A stretch of 64,000 bases of DNA from Candidatus Micrarchaeota archaeon (GCA_964625085.1 CAZVAJ010000001.1:37708-101707), one strand, 5' to 3'; shown: positions 1-10,312, counted from the first letter of the stretch. Numbers and translations are program-made. The notes: generated by a model from the letters alone, not told the origin.

Positions 1-492
1 TATAAACACGAAAAAATGAAAAGAGAAAGAGAAGAACAAATAGACTTCATTAAGCGAATTACAAAAGACTACAACCTCAAGTACGTTGAAGACCCGCTTG
101 AAGAAGAAGACTTTGAAGGACACAAAGAACTAACAAAAAGCATTGGAAAACGAACCTTCATATGTGGGGATGACCTGTACACCACAAACCCAAAAAGAAT
201 AGAAAAAGGACATGACGCGTGCAACACCGTACTAATAAAACCAAACCAAGCAGGCACCCTAACAAGAATGTTCAACGCAATAACAAAAGCCCAAAACAAC
301 GGACAAAATCTTGTGGTATCCCACAGGTCTGCTGAAACGAACGACACTAGCATAGCGCACTACGCCGTGGCGTTCGACGCCAAGATGATAAAAATAGGCA
401 TAGTCGGCGGAGAAAGAACCGCAAAAATAAACGAGCTCATTAAAATAGAAGAAACTATGGAAAAACCAAGAATGATAAAGCTAAAAAAATAA
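1..492 (+). CDS. eno: enolase, C-terminal part (5' end upstream of window)
   Basis: Frame is open from base 1. Translation carries enolase C-terminal signatures (GDDLxxTNPKRI, KPNQxGTLT, SHRSxETxDTxIA). Confidence 0.85.
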   Translation, partial: YKHEKMKREREEQIDFIKRITKDYNLKYVEDPLEEEDFEGHKELTKSIGKRTFICGDDLYTTNPKRIEKGHDACNTVLIKPNQAGTLTRMFNAITKAQNNGQNLVVSHRSAETNDTSIAHYAVAFDAKMIKIGIVGGERTAKINELIKIEETMEKPRMIKLKK

Positions 493-539
493 TTGATTGC
501 CTGCATTATTTTATTGCAGGGATTGGAGGTGCATAAAAT

Positions 540-1151
540 ATGACTGAAACACAACAACTTGCTCCCCTTGAAAAGCTTCTTGAAGCAGGAATACACATAG
601 GAAGCAAGTTCAAAACAGGCGACATGAAAAAATTTGTATACAAACATAGGAACGATGGACTCTGCGTACTGGACGTAAACCAGACCCAAGAGAGGATAGG
701 AATAGCCGCCAAGTTTCTGGCGATGTATGAACCTTCTGACATACTAATAGTGGCAGGAAGGTCATACGCCCAAAAACCAGCCAAGATAATGGCAGAAACC
801 ATACAAGCTAACTACAGGATAGGCAGGTTCATTCCAGGGACCTTGACAAACCCCGCTAACGAGAACTTTATAGAACCAAAAATAGTGCTAATAGCAGACC
901 CTCCTATAGACAGACAAGCAATCCAAGAAGCAAAAAAAGCAAAGATTCCTGTAATAGGAATATGCGACAGCAGTAACCTAACAAAGAATATAGACTTAGT
1001 AATACCCGCGAACAACAAAGGCAAAAAAAGCCTTGCACTAGTGTTCTGGTTGCTCACAAAAGAGTACCTGAAAAACAGAGGGCTGATAAAATCAGATTCA
1101 GAGTTCAAGAAAAGGCCTGAGGACTATGAATCAGGAAGAGAAAGAAGATAG
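540..1151 (+). CDS. rps2: 30S ribosomal protein S2 (uS2)
   Basis: The 203-aa product resembles archaeal S2 (GIHIGSK..., C-terminal acidic tail). It holds the conserved eno-rps2 neighbourhood seen in archaea. Confidence 0.85.
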   Translation: MTETQQLAPLEKLLEAGIHIGSKFKTGDMKKFVYKHRNDGLCVLDVNQTQERIGIAAKFLAMYEPSDILIVAGRSYAQKPAKIMAETIQANYRIGRFIPGTLTNPANENFIEPKIVLIADPPIDRQAIQEAKKAKIPVIGICDSSNLTKNIDLVIPANNKGKKSLALVFWLLTKEYLKNRGLIKSDSEFKKRPEDYESGRERR

Positions 1152-1944
1152 TATCAGGCGCCCTGCTGCAAGTGGAACATTCTACCCAAACGACAAAAAG
1201 AAGCTTGAAAATCTCCTTCAAGCTTTCTTGGAAGGACAAAAAAAAGAAGGAATTGCGGGCCTCATAAGCCCCCACGCAGGGTACGCGTACTCTGGAAGAA
1301 TAGCTGGAAAAGCGTACTCACTTCTTAGAGGAACTCAAAAAAGAACAGTAGTGATAATCGGACCAAACCACACCGGGCTCGGAGCCCCTGTTTCAGTATA
1401 CCCTGGCGGATTCTGGGAAACCCCCCTTGGAAAAGTGAAAGTTGATGAAGAAAAAGCAAGAGAGATAGGAAACGAATTCTGGCTTGAGAAGGAAGCGCAC
1501 GAACTGGAACATTCTATTGAAGTACAAATTCCTTTCATGCAATACACCCTAAAAGATTTCAAGATCGTGCCTGTGTGCATGATGGACCAAAGCATGGAAA
1601 CCGCAAAAGAACTTGGTAAAATACTATCAAAAGCCTTAGACTCGGAAAAAGACCTTGTGATTGCTTCAACTGACTTCTCACACTATGTTCCAGAAGAAAT
1701 TGCAGAAGAGTATGACAAAAAAGCCATCAGGAGCATAACAAACCTTGATCAAGAGGGGTTATATTCTCTGGTATTTTCAGGGTTTAGTATGTGCGGCTAC
1801 GGCCCAGTATGCGCGCTAATCGAGTACACAAAACAGAACAATGGCCGCATCCATGAGGTGGAGTACGGAACAAGCGGGGAAACAACAGGAGACACCTCGC
1901 AAGTAGTTGGGTACGCTTCTCTTTATTCAGAGGTGAAAAAATGA
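1126..1944 (+). CDS. amrB: MEMO1-family protein (AmmeMemoRadiSam system protein B)
   Basis: 272 aa with MEMO1-like ISPHAGYxYSG and His-rich motifs. Sits in the archaeal rps2-memo-mvk-ipk-fni arrangement. Confidence 0.75.
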   Translation: MNQEEKEDSIRRPAASGTFYPNDKKKLENLLQAFLEGQKKEGIAGLISPHAGYAYSGRIAGKAYSLLRGTQKRTVVIIGPNHTGLGAPVSVYPGGFWETPLGKVKVDEEKAREIGNEFWLEKEAHELEHSIEVQIPFMQYTLKDFKIVPVCMMDQSMETAKELGKILSKALDSEKDLVIASTDFSHYVPEEIAEEYDKKAIRSITNLDQEGLYSLVFSGFSMCGYGPVCALIEYTKQNNGRIHEVEYGTSGETTGDTSQVVGYASLYSEVKK

Positions 1945-2948
1945 ATAGGACAGTATCCACTCCTGGAAAGATAACAATACTCGGCGAATACGCTGTAATG
2001 TACGGTAAAACAGGCGTGTCAGCCGCGCTGCAAGAAAGAGTAAAAGTAACTGCAAAAGATCATCAAGGGATAAGAATATCTCTCAATGGAAAGACAGAGG
2101 AGTACTCCAGGGATAAAGCTAAAGAACTCTTCCTGCAAGCAAACAGTATGATAAGAAGAAAAGACGTTGAAGGACTTGACATGTTCCTTGAAAAAAGGTT
2201 CCCTCCCTTAGCAGCCCTTGCATGGAAGTGCATGGAACTAAAAGGGGCAAACGAAGGAGTGGAACTAGACATACTGTATTCCCTACCTGACGCAGCAGGA
2301 TTGGGTGCTTCTTCAGCCATCTCATCAGCAGTATCCGCCGCGATAATAGGGTATAAAACAGAGGTTGAAAAACGAAAAGTGTTTGATGCGAGCATGTTCG
2401 GAGACAGTATAGCACACCTCACTCCCAGTGGCCTGGACTGTGAAACAACAATAAAAGGAGGATTCTTGTCTTACAGAAAAGGGTTCAACCCAAACAGGAT
2501 AGACGTGGACTACGAACTTCCGATAGTAGTAGGAGATACAGGGAAAAGAAGCAAAGCAGTGGACATGGTCAAAAAAGTAGAAGACCTAAGAACAGGAGAC
2601 CCAAGAGCAAACGAGTGGCTGAACGAACTTGATGAGGCTGCCAGAGAGGGGCTGGAAGCAATAAAAAAACAGGACATTCAGGAACTAGCTTTCAACATAA
2701 ACAAATCCCAGGAGCTTTTAAGACACCTGAAGGTCTCAACACCTGAAATAGAAAACCTGATAATAACAAGCTTAAGGGCGGGGGCGATCGCCGCAGAAAT
2801 CACAGGACAAGGAGGCGGTGGAGCGATGTTTGCATTATGCGAAAAACCTGAGGATGTTGAAAAAGTGGCTGAAGCCATAAGAAAAGAAGGGGGCAGCGTA
2901 ATAAAAACAGTAATAGGCGGTCCTGGACTAAAAGTGGATGAGAGATAA
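1941..2948 (+). CDS. mvk: mevalonate kinase (GHMP kinase family)
   Basis: GHMP kinase motifs PGKITILGEY and GLGASSA are present. Its stop overlaps the next gene start by 4 nt. Confidence 0.85.
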   Translation: MNRTVSTPGKITILGEYAVMYGKTGVSAALQERVKVTAKDHQGIRISLNGKTEEYSRDKAKELFLQANSMIRRKDVEGLDMFLEKRFPPLAALAWKCMELKGANEGVELDILYSLPDAAGLGASSAISSAVSAAIIGYKTEVEKRKVFDASMFGDSIAHLTPSGLDCETTIKGGFLSYRKGFNPNRIDVDYELPIVVGDTGKRSKAVDMVKKVEDLRTGDPRANEWLNELDEAAREGLEAIKKQDIQELAFNINKSQELLRHLKVSTPEIENLIITSLRAGAIAAEITGQGGGGAMFALCEKPEDVEKVAEAIRKEGGSVIKTVIGGPGLKVDER

Positions 2949-2971
2949 GAAAAGTTAAGGAGGAAAACAGA

Positions 2972-3766
2972 ATGCAAGAGCTTATGATCGTGAAATTAGG
3001 CGGGTCAGCAATAACCAGAAAAAGCTCTGAAAAGCCAGAAGTCAACCATGATACACTAAATCGCCTGGCGAAAGAAATGGGAAAGTGGTATTCCCCTGAA
3101 AAAAAGGTAATAATAATCCACGGTGCAGGAAGCTACGGGCACGTGATAGTAAAAAAAACAGGGATACACAAAGGCGTGGAGAACCCGGAGCAGAGAAAAG
3201 CGTTTGCGGAAACGCAGAGACTGCAGAACGAGCTTGACACAATAGTGTGCAAAGCTCTAATAAACGAAGGGGTGCCTGCCTTTCCACTGCAAGCAAGCTC
3301 AACAGCAGTTATGGAAAGAGGACGCTTAAAGAAAATGGACTGTGAAGTGATAAAAGGACTCGTGAATAATGGAATCGTGCCCGTGTTATACGGTGTGCCG
3401 GCATATGACACTGTCCAGGTGTGTTCTATTCTCTCAGGAGATGTTATTGCCCCATATCTTGCACTAGAACTAGGGGCAAAGATGGTGATCCACGGCACTA
3501 ATGTCAACGGGGTTTACACAGGAGACCCAAAAAAAGACCCGGATGCAAAACAGATACCTGAAATAAATCAAGAAAACTGGGGCCAGGTTAAAAACGCTCT
3601 CGGCCTTTCCGCAGACACCGACGTAACAGGAGGCATGAAAGGAAAAGTAGAAGAAGCGTATGAACTGGCTAGAAAAGGAGTAAAAAGCAGGATCATTGAT
3701 ATTACTACGCCTGATAACCTTTTCAGAGCACTTAACGGCGAAAGCATCGGCACTTTAATAAGGTGA
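2972..3766 (+). CDS. ipk: isopentenyl phosphate kinase
   Basis: Amino-acid-kinase fold signature KLGGSAIT...IIHGAGSYGH. Lies between mvk and fni as in the archaeal mevalonate pathway. Confidence 0.85.
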   Translation: MQELMIVKLGGSAITRKSSEKPEVNHDTLNRLAKEMGKWYSPEKKVIIIHGAGSYGHVIVKKTGIHKGVENPEQRKAFAETQRLQNELDTIVCKALINEGVPAFPLQASSTAVMERGRLKKMDCEVIKGLVNNGIVPVLYGVPAYDTVQVCSILSGDVIAPYLALELGAKMVIHGTNVNGVYTGDPKKDPDAKQIPEINQENWGQVKNALGLSADTDVTGGMKGKVEEAYELARKGVKSRIIDITTPDNLFRALNGESIGTLIR

Positions 3767-4791
3767 ACAAAATGACCCAAACAGAACAAAGAAAAAATGA
3801 TCATATCGTCATGTGCCTGTCTAAAAAAGTAGAATCAGGAAGCACTTGGCTAGAGCACGTGAAACTCGTGCACTACAGTCTGCCTGAAATAGACTTTAAC
3901 AAAGTGAATCCAGGCACAGAGTTCCTCGGTAAAAAGTTTAAAATGCCAGTCATGATAACTGCAATAACCGGAGGAACAAAGCGTGCGCAGGAGATTAACA
4001 GAAAAATCGCGCGCGTTGCGCAAGAAAAAGGAATCGGAATGGGGGTAGGAAGCCAACGGATTATGATAGAAAAACCTGAAACCAGCGAAACCTTCCAGGT
4101 CAGGGACATAGCCCCAGACGTATTCCTGGCAGGAAACATAGGCGCTTATCAAATAAAACAGTACTCGGCTGAGCAGGTGCTAGAAGCAGCTGACAGAATA
4201 GAAGCTGATGCTCTGTGCGTCCACCTGAACGCTGCCCAAGAAGTATTCCAGCCAGAAGGGGATACTGATTTCTCAGGATGCTTGAACGCATTATCTGACC
4301 TGTGCAAAGCTGCAAAAATCCCAATAATAGCAAAAGAAGTGGGGAATGGAATAAACAAACAGGTGGCAGAAGAGCTCAAACAGGCAGGGGTAAGCGCGAT
4401 AGACACAGAGGGAGTAGGCGGAACGAGCTGGATCCTTGTTGATTCTCTCAGGGGAGGACCTGACCCAACAGAGTTCCTAGACTGGGGACTTCCAACAGCC
4501 ACATCTGTTCTTGAATGCTCAAGAACAGGACTGCCTGTAATCGCTTCAGGAGGCATACGCTCCGGCTTAGACATCGCCAAAGCAATATCCCTTGGAGCAA
4601 GCTTGACTGGATTCGCACTGCCAGCGCTGAAAGCAACAGAAAAAAATGAACTGAACAAACTACTAGACAAAATAGAGTTTGAGCTTAAAACAACCATGTT
4701 CCTAACCCGGTCCAGCGATCTCGAAAGTCTCAAAAAAGCAGACAAGGTTATCTCAGGACCGCTTAAAGAGTGGATAACACAAAGAAAATAA
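3763..4791 (+). CDS. fni: isopentenyl-diphosphate delta-isomerase, type 2 (FMN-dependent)
   Basis: N-terminal RKNDHI signature and TIM-barrel glycine-rich motifs typical of IDI-2. Confidence 0.85.
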   Translation: MNKMTQTEQRKNDHIVMCLSKKVESGSTWLEHVKLVHYSLPEIDFNKVNPGTEFLGKKFKMPVMITAITGGTKRAQEINRKIARVAQEKGIGMGVGSQRIMIEKPETSETFQVRDIAPDVFLAGNIGAYQIKQYSAEQVLEAADRIEADALCVHLNAAQEVFQPEGDTDFSGCLNALSDLCKAAKIPIIAKEVGNGINKQVAEELKQAGVSAIDTEGVGGTSWILVDSLRGGPDPTEFLDWGLPTATSVLECSRTGLPVIASGGIRSGLDIAKAISLGASLTGFALPALKATEKNELNKLLDKIEFELKTTMFLTRSSDLESLKKADKVISGPLKEWITQRK

Positions 4792-4839
4792 ACAAGAACA
4801 CCGTGTGTGTACGCAAAGGAGTAGAAAGAGGAGACGCAG

Positions 4840-6084
4840 GTGACAGACGAGAGAATAAACAGTATAGCAATCAAACATGCTCTCAAAAATGCTGTAGAAC
4901 ACGGTGGAAAAGCAGCAGCAGGGCCCGTAATAAACAAGGTTCTCGGAGACCTTCCTGAAGCAAGGTCTGACATGAAAACGCTGGGCAAGACAGTAACAAA
5001 AACAGTAGCTGAAGTTAATTCACTGAGCGTGGAAGAACAGAAAAAAAGGCTTCTTGAAATATGGCCAGATGCCCTTGAGAAAAAGCCTGAAAAACCCAAA
5101 GAGTTCCCTGAACTGCCGGGGAACACAAGCGGGGTGGTCCTACGGTTTGCCCCAAACCCTAACGGCCCGCCCACAATAGGATCTGCTAGGGGCGCATACG
5201 TCAACTGGTACTACGCAAGAAGGTACGGTGGGAAGTTTGTACTGCGTTTTGATGATACTGATCCAAAAACCAAGCCCCCTATGCCTGAAGCATATGACTG
5301 GTACCTTGAAGACTTCAGATGGTTGTTCGGAGAAGAGCCTGATGAAGTATACTACCTTTCTGACATGCTGCCAGAAGCATATGAGTACTGTGAAAAGCTC
5401 ATAAGAACAGGAAAGGCTTATTCCTGCAAGTGTTCCCAAGAAGAAGGCAGGAAGTACAGAACACAAGGAAAAGCATGCCCACACAGAAACCAGACCCCTG
5501 AAGAGAATATGAAAGAATGGAAGAGAATGCTTTCCGGAGAATACAAGGAAGGAGAGATCACCATCAGGATAAAAACAGACCTTAAAGCAAAGGATCCTGC
5601 GCACAGAGATTTTGTCGCCTTTAAGATAACCTACGCGCCCCACCCGCGCACAGGAACAAAGTATCATGTCTGGCCCGCGCTGGATTTCATAGGCGCAATA
5701 GCGGACAAAATAATAGGCGTAACACACATAATCCGCGGTAAGGACCTGCGTGATTCAACAACTCGGCAAGAGTATGTTTACAAGTATCTTGGGTGGAAAT
5801 ACCCGGTAACGCTTTACTGGGGCAGGCTAAAAGTCCATGGGTTCGGCAAGCTGAGCACAAGCCAGATACGCAAAGGCATAGAAGAGGGCAAGTACTCTGG
5901 ATGGGACGATCCAAAGCTCCCCACCCTCAAAGCACTTAAGAAAAGAGGAATCACGCCTGAAGCACTACGCGAATGGTTCAAGAGCATGGGTTTCACTGAA
6001 AGAGACGTGGCTGCAGACCTGCAGATACTGGAAGCGATAAACAGGAAGCAAAAACATTTAAAAACCCGGAAAGCAGAAGAGTAA
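4840..6084 (+). CDS. gltX: glutamyl-tRNA synthetase-like protein: catalytic core only, HIGH motif degenerate (TIGS), no anticodon-binding domain
   Basis: GTG start. The N-terminal archaeal GluRS-specific domain is followed by the class I core (VLRFAPNPNGPPTIGSARGAY, DDTDPKT, KLSTS). The ORF stops after the catalytic domain and the next gene follows 62 nt later. Confidence 0.7.
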   Translation: MTDERINSIAIKHALKNAVEHGGKAAAGPVINKVLGDLPEARSDMKTLGKTVTKTVAEVNSLSVEEQKKRLLEIWPDALEKKPEKPKEFPELPGNTSGVVLRFAPNPNGPPTIGSARGAYVNWYYARRYGGKFVLRFDDTDPKTKPPMPEAYDWYLEDFRWLFGEEPDEVYYLSDMLPEAYEYCEKLIRTGKAYSCKCSQEEGRKYRTQGKACPHRNQTPEENMKEWKRMLSGEYKEGEITIRIKTDLKAKDPAHRDFVAFKITYAPHPRTGTKYHVWPALDFIGAIADKIIGVTHIIRGKDLRDSTTRQEYVYKYLGWKYPVTLYWGRLKVHGFGKLSTSQIRKGIEEGKYSGWDDPKLPTLKALKKRGITPEALREWFKSMGFTERDVAADLQILEAINRKQKHLKTRKAEE

Positions 6085-6146
6085 CAGTACCAGTGAGAGT
6101 ACAAGGCTTTGTCAAAAAAGCCGATGAGTAAAGGAGGTAAATTATT

Positions 6147-6515
6147 ATGGCAGCACCACATGTCAAGTTTGAAACACCTAAAGAAGTTTCTGACCAAGCG
6201 TATAAGGCAGTACAGATGGCCAGGGACACTGGCAAACTAAGAAAAGGAGTGAACGAGACAACCAAAGCCCTGGAAAGAGGGCAGGCAAAACTGGTTGTCA
6301 TAGCAGAAGACATCACTCCTCCTGAAATAGCAGCCCATTTGCCCATACTGGCAGAAGAGAAGGGAGTGCCATACGTTTACGTTCCGACCAAAAAAGATCT
6401 TGGAACAGCAGCAGGGCTCCCTGTAGGATCAAGCAGCATAGCAATAACAGAAGAGGGAGACGCCAAATCAATAATAGAATCAATAGAAAAAACCGTGAAA
6501 GAACTAAAGAAGTGA
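6147..6515 (+). CDS. rpl7ae: 50S ribosomal protein L7Ae (kink-turn binding)
   Basis: 122 aa with the L7Ae/L30e fold signature ([17 protein letters not shown]). An AGGAGGT Shine-Dalgarno lies upstream. Confidence 0.9.
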   Translation: MAAPHVKFETPKEVSDQAYKAVQMARDTGKLRKGVNETTKALERGQAKLVVIAEDITPPEIAAHLPILAEEKGVPYVYVPTKKDLGTAAGLPVGSSSIAITEEGDAKSIIESIEKTVKELKK

Positions 6516-6516
6516 T

Positions 6517-6726
6517 TTGATGGAAGAAGGATTCCCTGCACAAGTTGTAGAAATAGTAGGAAACACCGGAGTGTACGGTGAGATCACACAAGTAATGGTA
6601 AAAGTACTTGAAGGAAGAGATAAGGGAAGGATACTCAGAAGAAACGTCAAGGGCCCTGTAAAACAGGGAGACATTCTCATACTGCTTGACACAGAAACAG
6701 AAGCAAGAGAGATTAGAGTAAGGTGA
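6517..6726 (+). CDS. rps28e: 30S ribosomal protein S28e
   Basis: 69 aa; [19 protein letters not shown]... matches the S28e consensus. Confidence 0.9.
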   Translation: MMEEGFPAQVVEIVGNTGVYGEITQVMVKVLEGRDKGRILRRNVKGPVKQGDILILLDTETEAREIRVR

Positions 6727-6905
6727 GCCAAGTGAAATGTTCCTTCTGTAAGCAAACAATACCAAAAGGCAAGGGAAAGATGATCGTGGGAGCTAAAGGA
6801 GACGTCAAGTACTACTGTTCAAGCAAGTGCGAGAAAAACGCTCTGAAGCTCAAGCGCAGGCCGGAAAAAGTCAAGTGGGTTAAGAAAAAGAAAAAACAGG
6901 AATAA
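6723..6905 (+). CDS. rpl24e: 50S ribosomal protein L24e
   Basis: 60 aa with CxFC...C zinc-ribbon pattern. Completes the conserved L7Ae-S28e-L24e order. Confidence 0.85.
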   Translation: MSQVKCSFCKQTIPKGKGKMIVGAKGDVKYYCSSKCEKNALKLKRRPEKVKWVKKKKKQE

Positions 6906-7007
6906 TTTTACCCCTTTAATCAAAAAAATCCTCGGGGGCTCTGCCCTTTTAAAACTGAGGAAGGGAACATGCCCTTATTTTCCTCAGTGAAAACGGAGAC
7001 GGATAAA

Positions 7008-8747
7008 ATGGCTCTAAGAAGCCCTATAATATCAGTACTAGGACACGTGGACCACGGCAAAACAACCATCCTAGACAAGATCAGGGGTAGTGGTATTGCC
7101 GCAAAAGAAGCAGGGCTTATCACCCAGCATGTTGGAGCAAGCTTTGTGCCGCTTGAAGCCATAAAAAGAACTTCCGGCCCCTTGCTGGAAAAGTATGGTT
7201 TCAATCTCACGATACCGGGACTATTGTTCGTAGACACCCCTGGACACGAAGCGTTCACAACACTCAGGCAAAGAGGAGGAAGCGCTTCAGACCTCGCAGT
7301 CCTAGTCATAGACATAATGCAGGGAGTACAACCGCAGACAAAAGAATCCATAGAAATACTAAAAGCAAACAAAGTGCCATTCATCGTGGCCGCTAACAAA
7401 ATAGACCTGCTTAACGGCTGGATCCCGCATCCTGGAAAACCATTCTTGGAAACGCTGAAAGAACAGCCTGAACGCACGGTCCAGGAACTTGACACAAAAC
7501 TGTACGAGATCGTGGGACAGCTCGGAGAACTTGGGTTTAACTCAGAAAGGTTTGACAGGGTAGAAGACCTTACCAAAAACGTGCTTATAATCCCGGTATC
7601 CGGAAAAACAGGAGAAGGATTTCCTGAACTCCTGCTCTTCTTAGCAGGCCTCAGCCAAAAGTACATGATGCAGAAACTGAACATAGACACAGAAAAACCA
7701 GGGGTTGGAAGTATTCTGGAAGTCAAAGAAGCGACAGGCCTCGGAATGACCATAGACGTAATACTCCTGGAAGGAAAAATAAAACAATCTGACATGATCG
7801 CAGTGGCAAGCAAAACCGGGCCGAAAATAGTGAAGATAAAGGCCCTTCTACAACCCGCGCCGTTAGAAGAAATAAGAGACGCTAAAAGAAAGTTCAAAAC
7901 AGTAAAAGAAGTTCACGCTGCAGCAGGAGTCAAAATAGCAGCCCCCGGACTGGAAGACGTTATCCCAGGGTCCCCCTTGTTCGTAGTAGAGCCAGGGAAA
8001 GACAAAGAAGCAATGGAAAAAGTGGAAAAAGAAATGTCAAACGTGAACATAAAAACAGAACCTCTCGGGATCATAGTAAAAGCAGACACGCTGGGCTCGC
8101 TTGAAGCAATATGCAAGCTCATAAGCAGGCATGGGATAAAGGTTAGAAAAGCAGAAGTAGGCCCTGTGAACAAAGTTGACCTAACAGAAGCAGACAGCAT
8201 GAGAGGAGAAGACTGGGAATACCGAGCCATATTCTCGTTCAACCAACCTGTACCCTCCGCCATAAAAGAAGAAGCAAAAACAAGAGGGATACAAATATTC
8301 GAATCAAACGTGATATACCGGCTTGAAGAAGAATACCTCGAATGGCACGAGAAAAAGAAGAAAGAAAGAGAACTTGAAAGGCTCAAAAAGTATGTTTACC
8401 CTGCTAAGCTGAAAATACTCGAGGGGTATGTTTTCAGGAAAAGCAAACCCGCGGTCGTCGGTGTGGAAGTGCTTGAAGGAATGCTCAAATCAGACGTGCC
8501 AGTGATGCGATCTGATGGAAAAACAGTGGGGAGAATAAAAGGAATACAAGAAGAAGGAAAATCCAAAGAATTTGCTTCAAAAGGAGAAAAAGTTGCGGTG
8601 TCAATAGAAGACTGCACAGTAGGCAGGCAGGTAAACGAAGGGGATATACTCTATACTGCGGTGCCAAGAGAACAAGCTTACGAAATGATTGACAAAGTGC
8701 CCGAGAAAGGGCTTCTTAAAGAAATAATGCGTATAAAGGGTGACTAA
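7008..8747 (+). CDS. infB: translation initiation factor aIF5B (IF-2 homolog)
   Basis: GTPase motifs GHVDHGKTT, DTPGH and NKID. Product is about 580 aa. The upstream ATG at 6969 is probably not the true start. Confidence 0.85.
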   Translation: MALRSPIISVLGHVDHGKTTILDKIRGSGIAAKEAGLITQHVGASFVPLEAIKRTSGPLLEKYGFNLTIPGLLFVDTPGHEAFTTLRQRGGSASDLAVLVIDIMQGVQPQTKESIEILKANKVPFIVAANKIDLLNGWIPHPGKPFLETLKEQPERTVQELDTKLYEIVGQLGELGFNSERFDRVEDLTKNVLIIPVSGKTGEGFPELLLFLAGLSQKYMMQKLNIDTEKPGVGSILEVKEATGLGMTIDVILLEGKIKQSDMIAVASKTGPKIVKIKALLQPAPLEEIRDAKRKFKTVKEVHAAAGVKIAAPGLEDVIPGSPLFVVEPGKDKEAMEKVEKEMSNVNIKTEPLGIIVKADTLGSLEAICKLISRHGIKVRKAEVGPVNKVDLTEADSMRGEDWEYRAIFSFNQPVPSAIKEEAKTRGIQIFESNVIYRLEEEYLEWHEKKKKERELERLKKYVYPAKLKILEGYVFRKSKPAVVGVEVLEGMLKSDVPVMRSDGKTVGRIKGIQEEGKSKEFASKGEKVAVSIEDCTVGRQVNEGDILYTAVPREQAYEMIDKVPEKGLLKEIMRIKGD

Positions 8748-8748
8748 A

Positions 8749-9150
8749 ATGAAAGTAGTTATAGGAGACCCAAAAACAGGGAAAAGCTACCAAAAGGAGA
8801 TCGAACAAGGCAATCTCCTCTACGGCAAAAAAATAGGGGAACAAGTCGACGGAAGCATCCTGGAATTAACAGGCTACAAGCTGAGGATAACAGGCGGAAC
8901 CGACAAAGACGGTTTCCCGATGAGGCCGGACATCAATGGCACAGACAGGAGGCAGGTGCTGGCAGGAAAATCAATAGGTATAAAAAAGATACCTGAAAAA
9001 GGATACAAAAGAAGAAAAACAGTACGCGGGAACACAATAGCCGAGGACATTGCCCAGGTAAACCTGAAAATAATCAAGTTCGGGGAAAAGAACATAGAAG
9101 AAATTATGGGGAAGAAAGAAAATGCCGAAAAAGAAGGTAATTCAAGCTGA
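8749..9150 (+). CDS. rps6e: 30S ribosomal protein S6e
   Basis: MKVVIGDPKTGKSYQ..., RITGGTDKDGFPM and KRRKTVRGN match S6e. Confidence 0.85.
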   Translation: MKVVIGDPKTGKSYQKEIEQGNLLYGKKIGEQVDGSILELTGYKLRITGGTDKDGFPMRPDINGTDRRQVLAGKSIGIKKIPEKGYKRRKTVRGNTIAEDIAQVNLKIIKFGEKNIEEIMGKKENAEKEGNSS

Positions 9151-10312
9151 AGTGAACATTGGAACAGCCGGACACGTGGACCATGGCAAAACAACCATAG
9201 TCAAAGCCCTTACAGGACAATGGGTGGACAGGCACAGTGAAGAGATCAAAAGAGGCATCACCATCCGACTGGGATACGCTGACGCAGATTTCTACAAGTG
9301 CGGCGAACAATATACAGTAAACCCCGCGGACTGCAAAAAACCAGAATTCCTCAGAAAAGTTTCTTTTGTGGACTCGCCCGGACACGAAGCCCTGATGACC
9401 GTGATGATAAGTGGATCAAGTCTTGTGGACGGAGCGATACTGGTTATTGCAGCAAATGAACCATGCCCTCAGCCGCAAACACAAGAACACCTGGCCGCGC
9501 TGGAAATAAACGGAGTTAAGAACATAGTGATAGTCCAGAACAAAATAGACCTTGTAAGCCCGGAAAAAGCAAAAGAACACCACAATCAGATAATTGAATT
9601 CGTAAAGGGCACAAACGCAGAGGGTGCTCCTATAATCCCCATGGCCGCAAACCACTGCGTAAACCTGGACAAGCTCATAGAAGCCATTGAAGAGAAGATA
9701 CCAACACCAAAAAGGGACACGAAAAAACCGCTTAGGATGGTCGTAGCAAGATCATTTGATGTTAACAAACCAGGAGAAAAAATCAAGAATCTGAAAGGAG
9801 GAGTGCTCGGAGGCTCAATACTCCAAGGAAAAATAAGAGAGGGAGATGAAATAGAAATAGCCCCGGGCTTGGAAATCAAAGGAAAATACGAAACAATCAT
9901 CACAACAGCAAGATCTGTATCAGTAACTGATGGAGTAATAAAAGAAGCAGGCCCAGGAGGCCTTGTGGCAGTGCAGACCGGAATAGATCCTGCCCTAGCA
10001 AAAGGAGACCGCATGTCCGGAAACATAATCTCCAAACCCGGCGAAACTCCTCCTGTAAGAGACAGGATAGGGCTGGAACACACACTGCTTGAAAGAGCAG
10101 TATCCGGAAAACCAGAAAACTTAAAGCAAGGGGAAATGCTGGTGTTAAACGCCCTTACCATGACAACAATCGGTCAAGTGACTAAAGCAGGCCCGGAATA
10201 CTGCGAACTAACGCTAAGAAGACCTCTGTGCATCAGTGAAGGGGACAGAGTAACTATCTCAAGAAAGGTCAGAGGACGATGGAGCCTGATTGGGTACGGC
10301 ATAGTAAAGTGA
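9122..10312 (+). CDS. eif2g: translation initiation factor 2 subunit gamma (aIF2-gamma)
   Basis: GTPase motifs GHVDHGKTT, DSPGH and NKID, the zinc-knuckle Cys pair and a beta-barrel C-terminus. Confidence 0.9.
   Translation: MPKKKVIQAEVNIGTAGHVDHGKTTIVKALTGQWVDRHSEEIKRGITIRLGYADADFYKCGEQYTVNPADCKKPEFLRKVSFVDSPGHEALMTVMISGSSLVDGAILVIAANEPCPQPQTQEHLAALEINGVKNIVIVQNKIDLVSPEKAKEHHNQIIEFVKGTNAEGAPIIPMAANHCVNLDKLIEAIEEKIPTPKRDTKKPLRMVVARSFDVNKPGEKIKNLKGGVLGGSILQGKIREGDEIEIAPGLEIKGKYETIITTARSVSVTDGVIKEAGPGGLVAVQTGIDPALAKGDRMSGNIISKPGETPPVRDRIGLEHTLLERAVSGKPENLKQGEMLVLNALTMTTIGQVTKAGPEYCELTLRRPLCISEGDRVTISRKVRGRWSLIGYGIVK

Noticed and set aside
4149-5204. 351-aa minus-strand ORF antisense to fni and gltX
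   Set aside because: Fully embedded opposite two well-supported conserved genes. Low-complexity Ser/Pro-rich translation typical of antisense frames.
6969-7007. N-terminal 13-codon extension of aIF5B
   Set aside because: The conserved aIF5B N-terminus begins at MALRSPIISV. The extension lies in the promoter-like region after L24e.
6906-7007. gap after rpl24e checked for a tRNA
   Set aside because: No tRNA-like features. Contains a T-tract consistent with simple termination.
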